A stretch of 63,961 nt of DNA, the filler included, from Craspedostauros australis (lineage: Eukaryota): NCBI GenBank assembly GCA_030167865.1. It is 14 parts of 14 records of this genome, joined end to end, with 100 filler letters (N's around TTAATTAATTAA, not from the genome) between each part and the next. Parts side by side here need not be neighbours in the genome. Positions count along the whole stretch, not along the records: positions 21,932 to 48,749 come from JALAGF010000030.1; 13 more parts are not named here. One strand, written 5' to 3'. How positions within the stretch are numbered: the stretch's first letter is position 1; every line of letters begins with the position of its first letter. Positions 36,510-48,849 of the stretch are shown here, one piece after another. Made by a program: the position numbers and the translations under genes. The notes under the pieces are model-generated. The model was not told the origin of the DNA. It did no database searches and saw only the letters and a list, made by a program, of their open reading frames with translations.

Positions 36510-37370
36510 AGCTCTGGTCGTGACGCTGTTCAGGAATTCAGAACAAGGAGGAAGGAAGACAGAGTTGATGAACCTGATCGAATGGGTTGAGTTTGAATCG
36601 AGTTGGATAGCACAGCACAGCATGACGTTGATCCGAGTTGGAATTGAGCAGAGCAGACAGTGTTGTGGCGGCGTACTCTTGGCAACGGATACTTCTACGA
36701 GGAATACTTGAAAACCTGATTCGGTGATGCAAGAAGTGGAGATGTGGCTCACTCCTGAATGTTCTCACACAGTCGCCACACGTTCTCTCCCATATGATCT
36801 TTCATTTCCCTTTGTGCCGCACAGATTGAGAGATTGAGACAAGCAACAAGAAGATTGCAATCAACAAGATCGAGCACTTCAAGCAAATGGCAGAAACGAT
36901 CGCAGGACGAAGATGCGTGGATGGATGATGTGGATAATCAGGACAGAAAGTTGAAGCCGCGCGGTTTCATTGCAGAGCAGAATGTCGCAAGCTGCAAATG
37001 CACAGTTCAATGCACGAATGAATAAATGCATGTTGAAAAGGCGAGGACTCTACCTCAACTTCAACCTTGGCCTCGAGCAATTCATGTAGAGTCCTGTTCT
37101 CTTGCTGGCTTCGAGCGACAGTATTGGGCTCCTTCGAGCTGTGCTCGAACTCGCTGGGCAGGCTGATTGAGCATTGAGCATTGAGAACAAGCTGAACAGT
37201 GTCATGACAAGCTCGACTTGTTATGCAAATGCAAGTGCTAATTTTCCTTACTTGGACGTGTGCCGAGCCTGGTACTGGCGGGTTGGACCTTTCCTGTCCC
37301 AGAGTACGATGCATTACTCCATTCCTGCGCATGGCCACACTATGGTTTGGCTCTGCTTGGATCAGCTCTT

Positions 37371-39935
37371 TCAACGCGCCTCGGTCAACAACGCCTCGAT
37401 GCCATCGTGCCCTCGTTTCTTCGCGATGTCAAGTGCGGTTTCCCCACACTTATTTCTAATCTCCAAAGCAATCGACATATCGCATGCTTCAACCAATGCC
37501 TTCGTCGCTTTCTTTCTATTGTTTCGACTCGCCAAGTGCAACGGCGTGTCGCCATCATGGTTTTGGATTGTCGTAGTCGCTCTCGTTTCTTCCATCAAGC
37601 ATTTCACTATCTTGACGTAGCCTTTGCTGGATGCATTATGCAACGGGGTGTTGCCATCAGCGTTTTGGATATCGCCAGTTGGCTTGGCTGACATGATCAA
37701 GTGATCAATCGCGTCTCCACTTTGGATGGCGTCGATTCGATCCAGGTTGCGCTTGGGAACGATATCCTTCCGGATGAGGGCGTACAGTTTCGTGAGCTTC
37801 GTTTCCTGGTTGGCAGGGAAGCATCGCCGATCGTACAGAGCAAAGTGGAACGGAATGTCGCCTTTTTTGTTCTGGACGCAGGGATCGAACTTGTCCTCGT
37901 GGCGCTCGAGCAAGTACAGGAGGGCCTCCTTTGAGCGATTTTGGTAGGCGAGATGGAGGGGTGTATTGCCATCGTCGTTCTGGGCATTATAATTCATCTC
38001 TGGCAGGTTGAATTTAAGCAGTGCCGTCACAGCGCCGGCGTGTCTGTTTGCACAGGCAAGATGAAGAGGCGTATCGCCCGTGTTGTTTGAGGCATTGATG
38101 AGAGCATTCATGTCGGGATCGATGAAACTTGATGCAAGGAGAAGCTTGACTACGGCTTGTCCACCATGCTTGCAACCAAGGTGGAGGATGGTGTCGCCGT
38201 CGTTGTTGCGGATATTGCCATCGATGACACCAGACCTGCATCGCAGCAGCCAGCGCGCGGAAGATTCATCGTTCTGCTTCATAGCGAGATGCAGCGCGGT
38301 GTCGCCCTGGTTGTTTTGGAGCGTGAGATCGAAGTTGGCATCTTCAGGATCGACGATGTATGTGAGGATGAAATCCTTGTTTCTGCCGACAGCAAGATGA
38401 AGTGGCGTGTCTCCGTTGTTGTTCTGGAGATTCATTCCGATGCTACTATCATCCCAGCCGCAGATGTATTCGAGCAAATCTGAATTGCTGTTAGCGCAGG
38501 CGATGTGGAAGGGTGTGTCGCCGGCCCTGTTTCTCGTGAAAACACCCGTATACGCACGGTCCGACTCGATGAGATAGCTTGCGATATGGGATTCCTTGCC
38601 GACACATGCGAGGTGAAGCGGTGTGTGGCCATCGTTGTTTTGCACGCTCAAGTCAATCTCGATTTCCTCCAACTCCATGAGATATGCAACAGTTTCATAC
38701 CATTCATGCTGGCAAGCAAGGTGGAATGGGGTGTTGCCGTGGTTGTTTTGTACACTGAAGACGTCGCTGATGTCTGTTAATGTCATCAAAAACGTTATCA
38801 CCTCATTCGAGGCGTGCCGACAAGCATGGTGTATGGGTGTATTTCCTTCATCATCTTGTGCGCAAAGATCGACGGCACTTCGATCCAGCTCTGACAAATA
38901 CTCTACCGCCTCTTCACCCCATCTCATGCACGCGTAGTGTATTGGCATCTGGCCCAACTTGTTCTTTCGCTTGAGATCAACCTCTACCAATTCCGATTGC
39001 ATCAAGAGTTTAATCGCGTCTCTTCGTAGGTGCCCCCAAGCCAGCTGGAAGGGTGTGTTTCCATCCTCATCGGTGATGTTGAAGTCAATGCCCAATTTAG
39101 GAGTTTCAAGGAAGAATTTCATCTCAGTGCCATGTTCCTGGCAACAAGCGTCATGGAAGGGTGTCTGGCCGCGCTTGTCTTGAATGTTGAAATCAACAAT
39201 GGCTTCATCCGAAGTGATCAGGTACTCCGCCTTGTCTTCGTCATCCAGACATATGCACACGCAATGAAGTGCCGAGCGGCCGTCTGCATCGACAGCATTG
39301 CAAATGGTTTTGGTTGGATCGGATTCCACCAAGCATTTCAGCACACGGGGGGTCCAATTGAGGCATGCAATATGAATGGGCATGTCACCCTTGCGATTGC
39401 GAATGAACTGGTCAACATGGAGTTTCTCTGCTTGGCAGAGATACTCAACAACACCGACACAGTCGCTCGCACACGCAACATGCAAAGAAGTATCGCCTTG
39501 CTTGTTTTGGAGGTTGGCATCAACGTCAACTCGGGGCGACTCAACCAAGAAGTGCACAAGGCTTGTCTTTCCGCCGGCGCAAGCATAGTGAAAGAGCGTG
39601 TTTCCTCTGTTATCTGCTGCGGCGGTATCGACATGCGCTCGGTCGGATTCAATCAGATACTCGACCACACGAAGATGCTTGCTGCGACAAGCCTCCAGGA
39701 GTGCCGTGCATCCGTGCGAGTTGCGTGCGTTGACGTCAATCTGCACTTGATCCGATTCGACCAAGTACTTGACGATGGATAGGGCTCCAGCAGAGCAGGC
39801 AGAACGGAATGCGGAATCGTCGATCTTGACTCTGTCTTGGGTGTTGTCTTGGCGGAGGAACTCAATGATCGATCGGACAGCGCCCAAGTCGCCTTTGCGA
39901 CATGCATCTTGCATGGGTGTGGTGGGAGGAATCAT
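37371..39935 (-). CDS. Long ankyrin-repeat protein (~20 repeats)
   Basis: Repeated N..G[DN]TP[LF]H.AC motifs. The likely start is MIPPTTPMQDAC; the longer ORF extension upstream looks non-coding. Confidence 0.92.
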   Translation of the reverse strand: MIPPTTPMQDACRKGDLGAVRSIIEFLRQDNTQDRVKIDDSAFRSACSAGALSIVKYLVESDQVQIDVNARNSHGCTALLEACRSKHLRVVEYLIESDRAHVDTAAADNRGNTLFHYACAGGKTSLVHFLVESPRVDVDANLQNKQGDTSLHVACASDCVGVVEYLCQAEKLHVDQFIRNRKGDMPIHIACLNWTPRVLKCLVESDPTKTICNAVDADGRSALHCVCICLDDEDKAEYLITSDEAIVDFNIQDKRGQTPFHDACCQEHGTEMKFFLETPKLGIDFNITDEDGNTPFQLAWGHLRRDAIKLLMQSELVEVDLKRKNKLGQMPIHYACMRWGEEAVEYLSELDRSAVDLCAQDDEGNTPIHHACRHASNEVITFLMTLTDISDVFSVQNNHGNTPFHLACQHEWYETVAYLMELEEIEIDLSVQNNDGHTPLHLACVGKESHIASYLIESDRAYTGVFTRNRAGDTPFHIACANSNSDLLEYICGWDDSSIGMNLQNNNGDTPLHLAVGRNKDFILTYIVDPEDANFDLTLQNNQGDTALHLAMKQNDESSARWLLRCRSGVIDGNIRNNDGDTILHLGCKHGGQAVVKLLLASSFIDPDMNALINASNNTGDTPLHLACANRHAGAVTALLKFNLPEMNYNAQNDDGNTPLHLAYQNRSKEALLYLLERHEDKFDPCVQNKKGDIPFHFALYDRRCFPANQETKLTKLYALIRKDIVPKRNLDRIDAIQSGDAIDHLIMSAKPTGDIQNADGNTPLHNASSKGYVKIVKCLMEETRATTTIQNHDGDTPLHLASRNNRKKATKALVEACDMSIALEIRNKCGETALDIAKKRGHDGIEALLTEAR

Positions 39936-41061
39936 CCTGTTGGTTGCGAAGTTCAAAATTGGAGTGTGTTTTGATAACGAATGGATGGATGGGTGGATGG
40001 ATAGGCGGGTGGCTCGCGATAGTAGTGTTGTTTCGTGCAATGTCATGGCCAGGCTGCAGTCGGGAGACAACAACAGCAAAGACACGATCCGCGGCTGGGT
40101 GTTCGACACCAAAGATACGGTCCATGTCTGGTTTCTGTGATAGCTGGTCATGACAGGAGACAAAAGATCGCATCGCGATCTTCGACTCGCACGAACAAAA
40201 CTGACCTTGATTCCTGTACGATCGTGACGCAACAACAGCTGGGACGAACGAAGTAGAGAAACAACAAAGGACGGCTCCCCAACCAACAACAAACAAGGAT
40301 GATGAGCAACGAGGTGGCACAGAACTCCCCCCACGAACAGAAAATGCAACCACCACAGGAGAGGGACACAAACGTGTGTTGTCGTTTTGCTGATGTGATC
40401 CCACACGCTGCACGGAGGCGCTTCGTCATCCGCAACCGCACCCTTGTCCATCACGCGACCTTGCCAAGGAGGAGCGAGCGAGAAAGGAGACGCTGCCAAT
40501 GCCGCCATCGTTTGAAGCCGCAACGCACGAGCACGACTATTCGCAAAAGCACCAGAGGGAGCAGCAACAGACAGACACTGCCAAAGCAACACCAACAACC
40601 AACACTTGCATGCGCAACAACAGCAACAACAACAACAACAACAACAACAGGCGAAGCAGAGTGAGGGAAGTGGCTCCAAACAACACGAGGCATTCTGCGC
40701 GTTGGTGGTCTCTCATCATTTCGTCAGCAGGAGCAGACGAGTGAAGCTGCTCTTCCTTTTCCGGCTCATAGTATAGATCGTCCAAGTACCCCGCAGCCAC
40801 CTGCGCTCCCTGACGAAACGCACATGCATCCACCGCTCCCTAGCGTTCACGCACCAAGGCTGTCTTCCGCACCCGACCCAAGTAAGTGATGCTTGCCACT
40901 TGCTCCTGCATAATAGTTGATTCACTTGTTGGCTGCGACTTGGGATGGTTCCGACAGACAGAGCAAGGAATGATCGATCATCGTCAAGGCTAACACCCAA
41001 GTCTCGCTTCACGCATCCGCTCACTCCGTGCAAACACAACGCCATTGGGTGCTGCGCAAGA

Positions 41062-43575
41062 ATGTCAGATCCGCCCCAAGCTCCGCACGATGCAGGTCAG
41101 AAAGGAGATCTTGAGACAACCCATCCCATCCTCAAAGCAGACCAACCGAAGCATCCTGTCGATGTGGCTGCACGGGATAATTGGGGAAGAACGTCGCTGA
41201 CGATAGACTGCCGCTGTGGAGACATTGATGAGGTCAAACGTCACATCGAAGTGAGCCCATTGCCAGTCAACGGGAACCTGACAGACAAAGACGGCAATAC
41301 GCTGCTGCATGATGCTTGCAATAGCGGCGATGTCAGGGTCGTGGCATACTTGGCCGAATCGCCTCAAGTCCATGTGGATGCCAACACAAGAAACAACGAC
41401 GGGCAAACGCCGTTGCACATCGCGTGCGAAAATCGGTCTTACGCTCTCATCGAGTACCTCTGCCAATCGGACCATCTTCACATCGACCAGTCTATCCGCG
41501 ATAATCGTGGCAACATGCCGATTCACATCGCTTGTAGCCACAGGGATCTGCGAACGGTGGAGTTGCTGGCGCAAGCCGATCGAAGCAACACAGTCTGCAA
41601 CGCAACAGGATACCAGAAAAAGACACTCCTCCACTTTGCATGCATCTGCACTGGAACCTCCGTCTTGGACTACCTCACCACCTCGAAGCTAGCCAACATC
41701 GACGTGAACAGCAAGGATAGTGAAGGCATGACGCCTCTTCATCATGCATTCCGAGGCTGTCATGCCGACACGGTGGACTACCTCATCAAAGCCTACCACT
41801 CACGTCTTGATGTCAACATCCAAGACAACCGCGGTCGAACGCCGTTCCATCATGCGTGCAGGCATGCAGATTGTGAGGTGATGAAGCGTCTATTCCGAGC
41901 GGACCAGTTGAACGTGGACATCAATCTCAATCTCAACATCTTGGATGAGGATGGCGACTCGCCGTTCCATCTGGCCTGCAAGATTGCGCCAAGAGACTTC
42001 ATCGAATCCATGGTGAAATCAGGCAAAGCGGAGGTGGACCTCAAAAGAACCAACAAGTCCAACCAAACGCTGCTTCATCTTGCTTGTCAGAATCGGAATC
42101 AAGATGTGGCTCTGTATCTGGCCCAATCGGACCCAGCCGCCATTGACGTCAGTGCATCAGACAGCGAAGGCAACACGCCGATCCATTACGCGTGCAAAAA
42201 TGGATCGATTGCGCTGATGAGAGGCTTGGTGGTACTCAGTTTGAAGCAAGTCAACGACGCACTCAAAATCCATAACAAGGCCGGCAAGACACCGCTCCAC
42301 TGTGCTTGCGCGTTTGCCGACGTCCCTATCGTTCGCTACCTCATCGAATCGCAGGAAGTCGAAGTCGATCTGGAGAGCTATGATGAGGCAGGCTATACTC
42401 CACTCCACACTGCTTGCACATATATGGACGTAAATATCATGAGGTACTTAATTGAATCGAAGCACGTGAATGCCGGTATCCATACCAGAGACGAGAACGG
42501 CAACACACCACTCCACGTTGCGTGCACCGAATACGACAATGATGTCCTGGAGTACCTACTTGCGTCAGACGAAGGCAAGGCTAGCATGAACCTGCAAAAC
42601 GATGACGGCAACACGCCGCTTCATCTTGCGCTCATGAGAGCCGAAGAAGAAATCATCGACAACATGATTAGAAATGAAGTTGGCAACATCAACCTCACTC
42701 TTCAAAACAACGACGGCAACACGGCGCTTCATATCGGAGCAGAGTGTGGCATGGAAGAGTGGCTCGGATGGTTGGATGAATCCAGCTCGGGTGACATTGA
42801 TGGCAACATTCGAAACAACGACGGCGACACGCCACTCCACCTCGCATGCGCGTGTGCGGAGTATGCGGATAGGGTCACAGATGCAATTCTCTGCGCCAAC
42901 AACATGAAGGTGGACGTCAACGCAACGAACAACGATGGCAACACGCCCCTCCATTTCGCATTCGGAAACGGGTGCAGGGAGCTTCTCGACGAGCTGCTCG
43001 ACTGCAAGCACAATGGCAGATTCAATTGCAGAATTCAAAACAAGGATGGCGATACCCCATTCCATCGTGCTTGCATGAACCACGAGCATGTTTGCGGCAC
43101 CCCAAAGATGGAGCTCACAAGACTCTTCGACCTCATCCGAACCGAGGTCGTGTCCAATCACAATCTGGATCAGGCTTGCATCATCCAAAGAGGAGATGCG
43201 ATGGACCGCTTGATCACAATGGCTCAGCCATTGGCGAACATCCAGAACAAGGCTGGCAACACCCCACTGCACAACGCATGCGAGCACGGCCTTGACGAAA
43301 TTCTGCAGCAGATGGCTGGACCTGGCGAAGGAGCAGATGCTACGATTCAAAATCAGGACGGCGATACACCTTTGCACTTGGCGAGTAGGCGGAATAAAAA
43401 GAGAGCCATGGAGGTACTGATCGATCCCAGATATGATGTGAAATTTGATCTCAATGTAAAGAATACAAGCGGGCAAACCGCGCTGGAAATTGCGAAGGAG
43501 AAGGGCCACAATGGTATCGTCGAGTTGTTGGACGGGGTGCTGGTGCGTCCGGCAAAGCGCAGCAAGCCGAGCTGA
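41062..43575 (+). CDS. Long ankyrin-repeat protein, divergent paralog of 37371-39935
   Basis: Same repeat pattern, colinear with the minus-strand gene. The C-terminal RPAKRSK resembles an NLS. Confidence 0.92.
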   Translation: MSDPPQAPHDAGQKGDLETTHPILKADQPKHPVDVAARDNWGRTSLTIDCRCGDIDEVKRHIEVSPLPVNGNLTDKDGNTLLHDACNSGDVRVVAYLAESPQVHVDANTRNNDGQTPLHIACENRSYALIEYLCQSDHLHIDQSIRDNRGNMPIHIACSHRDLRTVELLAQADRSNTVCNATGYQKKTLLHFACICTGTSVLDYLTTSKLANIDVNSKDSEGMTPLHHAFRGCHADTVDYLIKAYHSRLDVNIQDNRGRTPFHHACRHADCEVMKRLFRADQLNVDINLNLNILDEDGDSPFHLACKIAPRDFIESMVKSGKAEVDLKRTNKSNQTLLHLACQNRNQDVALYLAQSDPAAIDVSASDSEGNTPIHYACKNGSIALMRGLVVLSLKQVNDALKIHNKAGKTPLHCACAFADVPIVRYLIESQEVEVDLESYDEAGYTPLHTACTYMDVNIMRYLIESKHVNAGIHTRDENGNTPLHVACTEYDNDVLEYLLASDEGKASMNLQNDDGNTPLHLALMRAEEEIIDNMIRNEVGNINLTLQNNDGNTALHIGAECGMEEWLGWLDESSSGDIDGNIRNNDGDTPLHLACACAEYADRVTDAILCANNMKVDVNATNNDGNTPLHFAFGNGCRELLDELLDCKHNGRFNCRIQNKDGDTPFHRACMNHEHVCGTPKMELTRLFDLIRTEVVSNHNLDQACIIQRGDAMDRLITMAQPLANIQNKAGNTPLHNACEHGLDEILQQMAGPGEGADATIQNQDGDTPLHLASRRNKKRAMEVLIDPRYDVKFDLNVKNTSGQTALEIAKEKGHNGIVELLDGVLVRPAKRSKPS

Positions 43576-43780
43576 GATCGTAGCACCGAAGCGACAATCT
43601 GAGACAAGAAATGGCAAATCAAGCCAACTAACAGCATGTTGTAATAGATTGGTCAAGCGGAGGGCAAGGATATTGCACCGAAATCGGTATGGTACTGGTA
43701 CTGCTCGTAGAGGCTCTGCTCAATTCTATGTCCTGCTCTATGGTATCGTGCTTATTCTATTCTGGGAGTGTGCAGGTAGG

Positions 43781-43898
43781 TCACTGCACCATCATGGCTG
43801 GCAACACGTTGTGCAGAACAGGATTGAACCATTGCTGAACGATATCCTTCGATCCGTACCATCTTGATTCCGATGCTTGCTGGTCACGCTCATGTTGG

Positions 43899-43944
<46 letters not shown>

Positions 43945-45134
43945 TTTGCAGCATGGAGGTGTGGTACACGTTGTCCAAGGTGATCTGGAGGTTGGAGCCC
44001 TCCAGGTGCGCAAGCGGCACAGGGACGATGCCATCGCCGTCATGGTGTCCTTGGCCGGAAAGCAACTTGTACGATTGGTACGCAAGCATGCGATCAGCAT
44101 CTGGCTGCGATGGAATGGTGTTTGGGGATGGGACGTGCGCTTGCTGCTGCGCGACATTCAATGCCGATCCGGCAGCAGACACGTAGAAGAGACGGTCGTT
44201 GAAGAAGGCACCTGGGAAGTTGTCGTGAACGATACGGAGTGCACCGCCGGTTATGTCGACGGATCCCTTGGGGGATGGGATGTGGGGAGACCCGAGAGTG
44301 ACGATTCCGAGGATGCTGTCGATGTCAATCCGCAGATCTTCACCGTTGGTGTCATCCATTCCGTATCCGACAGCGGCTCTGTTTGTTGGAAGGAGGCGAA
44401 TGATGAATGATGGATGTGATGATGCATGGATGGGTGGAGAACGCGAGTGTTGATAGTGTGAGTGAAATGAGTGGAGCAGAGCACTGAATCATGCACAGCA
44501 GCTGTTGCACAGGATCAATGCCGCATCAAACTCACCTTGCGAGCCAGCCTCCGGCGGAGTGTCCTACCAGGATGATCTTGGCGGTCGTGCCTTCCTCTTT
44601 GGCGAGATTCTGGATTCTCTTGACTTCCTTCGCCACCCTCTGGAGGTACCATCGGTACGGCCACTTTGTCGCTGGTGCCTTGAAGGTCATGAACTCGACG
44701 TCGCACATGCCGAAAGCGATGGTCTGTGCCCAATCATGTCGCTGGAGTGGCAGGACGTGGATGTGATCCATTGCGTTGGTCATGTCGTCGTTGTGGCTGT
44801 TGTTATTGCTGTTGCTGTTGTCGTTGCCCCACCATCCAGCATCGATGGCTTGCTGTGCGATGTTGGGAACGAGGTCATCGACGTAGTCGCTGGCTGCGGT
44901 TGCGAAGCCTGGGAGAACGAGTACATGCGTTTGCTGCGGGTTGATGCGAGTTGCAGTGACGGCAGGCGGTGGTCCTTGTCGTGTGTGTGTGGTTGATGCG
45001 GACGATGCCGATGACGCCGTTGATGCCTTTGGTGTCACCCATGCTTGGCACGTCGTGATGGAATTGCACAGACACAGAAGTGTGATGGCGATAAGTGCTG
45101 TTTTGTTGTTGTACGAGTATTTTCCCATTGTCAT
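43781..45134 (-). CDS. PGAP1-like alpha/beta-hydrolase (lipase/esterase); 2 exons (45134-44536, 44378-43781); probably plastid-targeted
   Basis: LVLPGF oxyanion region, LVGHSAGGWLAR nucleophile elbow, VTLGSPH, GDGIVP and VYH. The GTGAG...CAG intron at 44535-44379 restores LAR-AAVGYG. Signal peptide ends CQA-W. Confidence 0.9.
43901..43942 (+). repeat. (CTG)14 encoding poly-Q in the lipase gene
   Basis: Read directly from the sequence. Confidence 0.95.
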
Positions 45135-48100
45135 TATCTTTGTTGTGTTGTGTTTGTGTGCTTGTGTGTATGTACGTATGGTGTGATGTGCTTCGTGCCT
45201 CTGTGATTTGGCGAAAGGATGAGCAGATGGATTTGTGAGCAGAGAAAAGTGAAGCTGCAGATTTGAGCAGATTGCCCGTGCGACCTGTGGCACGGTGGAC
45301 CCTCTCGCACCTTGATTGTCCGACCAGATCTGTCTGCCTGGTTTTTGTCGGCATCTGTGTTGTGATCGTCCCCTTGTGTCGCTGCTGTTTGTGTCTCACG
45401 GATGCATGCGAGTGCGGACTCGCACGAGTGGCCTTCATCTTTCTCCTCCTCTTCAGTGCCGTCGTATGGTTTGCAGCTGAGATTCTCGCTGTCGCAATGC
45501 GGCGCATGGACTGATGCCTCCTTCTTGACACTATCCGACGAGCGTCATGCCTGCGAGTTTGCATGAAGAGCGGATGGATCATTCTGCCTCGGACTGCCAC
45601 CTCCCAGAAACATTAAGTTCTGCCGTTTTTGTCAGCGAGGTCCATGCAGCGCTGATCAGAATACTTGCATGGTGGTGCAGGTGCCTCTGGGGAACCCTTG
45701 GACAGTCTGGTCGGATTGTTCCGAAAGCGAATGTGAATGTGGCGATGCTTGAGATTGCGAGTTTGTACATCCACATGATGCAAAGGAGAGCAAAGCAAAA
45801 TACCATACCTCCGAAGGAAAGGAAAATACGAGCAAAGGAATGAGCCAGGGACCTGAGATTTGGTTTGGTCAGGATGGTGGGAAACAGTGAACGTTGTTGT
45901 TTGGCTTGGGCTTGTGGCATCCTTACATACGTCCGCAGTTGCGGTATCGAAGAGGAGGTCTGCCCCAGAACAGCACCAAGAAAACAAAAAGTGGCACCGA
46001 GACCTGCTGGTTGGTGGCGACGCGTACTCTACATGGATTGTGTTGCCAATCCCTAACCAAAGTCGTTCGTTTGTGTTCCTCATGACATTGTTTGGATGGA
46101 AATGGTGATACTGGCTTTTGTGATTGTTCTGGAAGCGCAAGGCCGAACAAGCAACAGTGCTCTGTGCCTCTTGGTGAGACCCGTGATTCATGACATTCTG
46201 ACTATTTATTGGCGCCTCTTCCAATCAAGAAGAACGCACGCAATGGCGCCAACACACTATTCCCAACCTTGGGTCGTTTGGAACCAAATGTAATAGTACC
46301 CGGCATTCGGAACTTCTCCGAGTTGTGTGATATTTCGTTATCAAAGCAGTGTTCACAAACTGTCCCAACAGGTTTGACATCCACACTCACAAATTCGTGG
46401 TGCGCGATCGTGAAACTGTCTGTTGTCCGTCATGCCGTCCATCATGTTGCCTTTCAACTCCCATCCTCATCACGTGCCGCGGCACCACACTCGTCCCAAT
46501 GTTCTATCACTTCTTGCCTGCTTTCTGTACTCATCTTGACCGTTCCTCCTCTCCGCCATGGGCGTTCGTGTGCGAGATATGGTACGCATTCGTGGTTACG
46601 CCCATCCAATATCATCCAACCACAGGAGGACGACAATCACCTGGTCGGATGGACTCTTCGATGGCCGGATGTGCCGATGGACCGGCATCTTGATTGTTCG
46701 ACGCCATTCTGTTCACAAGGCGGGTGGATGGGGCATCGACGTAGATGTTCACGATCAAGAAGATGTCCATCTCAATCTCTCAACTCTGAATGGCAACGAG
46801 TTGTTTACCTCCGAATCCTTCGCGTTGCAGCTGAAATCTCTCATCCGCGGCTCTCCACAAAGCTCCTCGCGTGATGCGTTGTCACGGACTAGTCAACAGC
46901 ACGTCAACAGTACGACCCATGTCACCAACATCCTTTGGACCATGAACAGGTTTGCCCATGGTAAGAGTGCCGATGGAGGCAGATGCATCCGTGGTATCGG
47001 TGGCATCAACATCATCAGTGGCGTTTGGAAATCAATGAACGTTTTCGTCCGGGAATGACATCAATGAGCAAAGGTGGCTCCACTCCGCATCATTCTGGGC
47101 CATGGTACCATACTCGCGCAATTACGAAGAGAAGTTCTGCATTAATATGACTACCGTGGGCATACAAACAGAAGAAATCGACGATCACAAGCTTCCGAAC
47201 CACCCGTGATGCATCCATGAGAAGGGAGAACAAGAGGCGGGGATGGCATGTGATGAGCTTACGTCAGAATTCGCTCCCTCTTGTGCCGAATTATGAGTGC
47301 GTTGATCAGCGTATCATGTGCGTGTGCTGAGTATTCGACTGATGCACTGGGCTGATACACTGAAATGATAGATTGCGGTTTCATGTCGTGTTGATCAGTT
47401 CCTCTTCCGCGGCGATTGAGAGAAGTGCGTCAGTGCGGACCTACACTCGCATTTATTGAGATGAACACACAGTTGCGTTTTCAATGTTGGAAGACAGGAA
47501 CGAAAGAAGAAAAGATCCGCACACGTCATCACTCGAGGCCAAGGGGCGAACATTGGTTAGTACGTGCGGTCACCAACAACAGGGAGGATTGTGGCACTCT
47601 ACCATGCAAGTGTTCGTGTTCGTACGAGGAACGATGGTGCTGTAAATACGCATGAAGTACTCGCGGAGCAGACTAGAGTAGAATAGAATCGAGTGGAGTA
47701 TTTGGAAACTTGCAGCATCCTCATCCTCGTCCTGATACTCCAAACAACCGAAGGTGGCGGCTTCGGCTTCAATCTCTCTGCACTGCACATACCAACACTG
47801 AGGGGTCATTTCTCATCATGAGTACTCTCTCTCTCTCTCTCGTTCACAGTTGGGGTAATAAATGTGCGAACCTGTGGTCCAATGGAGCAAAAGCCCAATT
47901 GGGAACGAATGTGCGAGTACAACTGCGTATGTGCAACACATTCGAATGCGATACTACAGAACTTCGGATGCAGCGACGCCAGTTGAGGGTGTGGTGTCGT
48001 CACCCGAACACATCTATCTCCCTAGCTGACTTCCGAATGGGAGAAGGTCGATAGAAGCTTGCAGAGCACGTACCTACTTGTATCGTGCGCTGATGAGGGT

Positions 48101-48849
48101 CTTTTCTCAACCTTGTATCTTCGGCAGCACTTGGAAGCAGCTTGCGTATCATCTTGAAGCCGCAACATGCCACCAGCCATCGTCCCGGCATACATGGTGG
48201 GCACCCCAGCAACCGCACACGAGCTCTCATGTTGTCATCGGGGAATTTCCATCAGATTCCATCCTTGTGTCTCAATGCAGGAGTGGTGTTGCCGTGGCAC
48301 GGATGAAAGCAGAACTGAGGATCTGCCGTGCGCGTTGTGTCGCTCCACAACTATTCGATTTGGTCGGTACTTGCATGGTACTTGTAATAGAGCTAAACTA
48401 GTAACCACCTTAGCGAGAGAGACTACGAATCATCCGACTCGTCAGCATTCCAGTAGATCGAACGGACACTTCGCCGAACCCCACGTTTGGAGACAGATCC
48501 AGAACCTTGAAGCGGATCTTCGGAATTCGTGCCAAGGAACCAATGGGGTTCCGATAACCAAGTTTCTGACACCCGCCATTGCCAAAACGCCGACGCACGG
48601 AACCAAAGCCACAACAACGGGCATCATCGCCCATTGTCTCTCACAGAACTCAGACAACGGATCTTGACCCACAGTACTCGGGCTACACAACCCTCACGCA
48701 TTGTCAAACAGGACACCACAGGAGATTCCCCTCGAAGAGAAGAACCATANNNNNNNNNNNNNNNNNNNNNNNNNNNNNNNNNNNNNNNNNNNNTTAATTA
48801 ATTAANNNNNNNNNNNNNNNNNNNNNNNNNNNNNNNNNNNNNNNNNNNN

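Noticed and set aside
39936..40679. Poly-Cys N-terminal extension of the ankyrin ORF
   Set aside because: It derives from a (TTG/CTG)n microsatellite in the intergenic spacer and has no counterpart in the paralog.
45500..48749. Protein-coding genes in this interval
   Set aside because: Only short ORFs without motifs; possibly decayed sequence, but not identifiable by eye.
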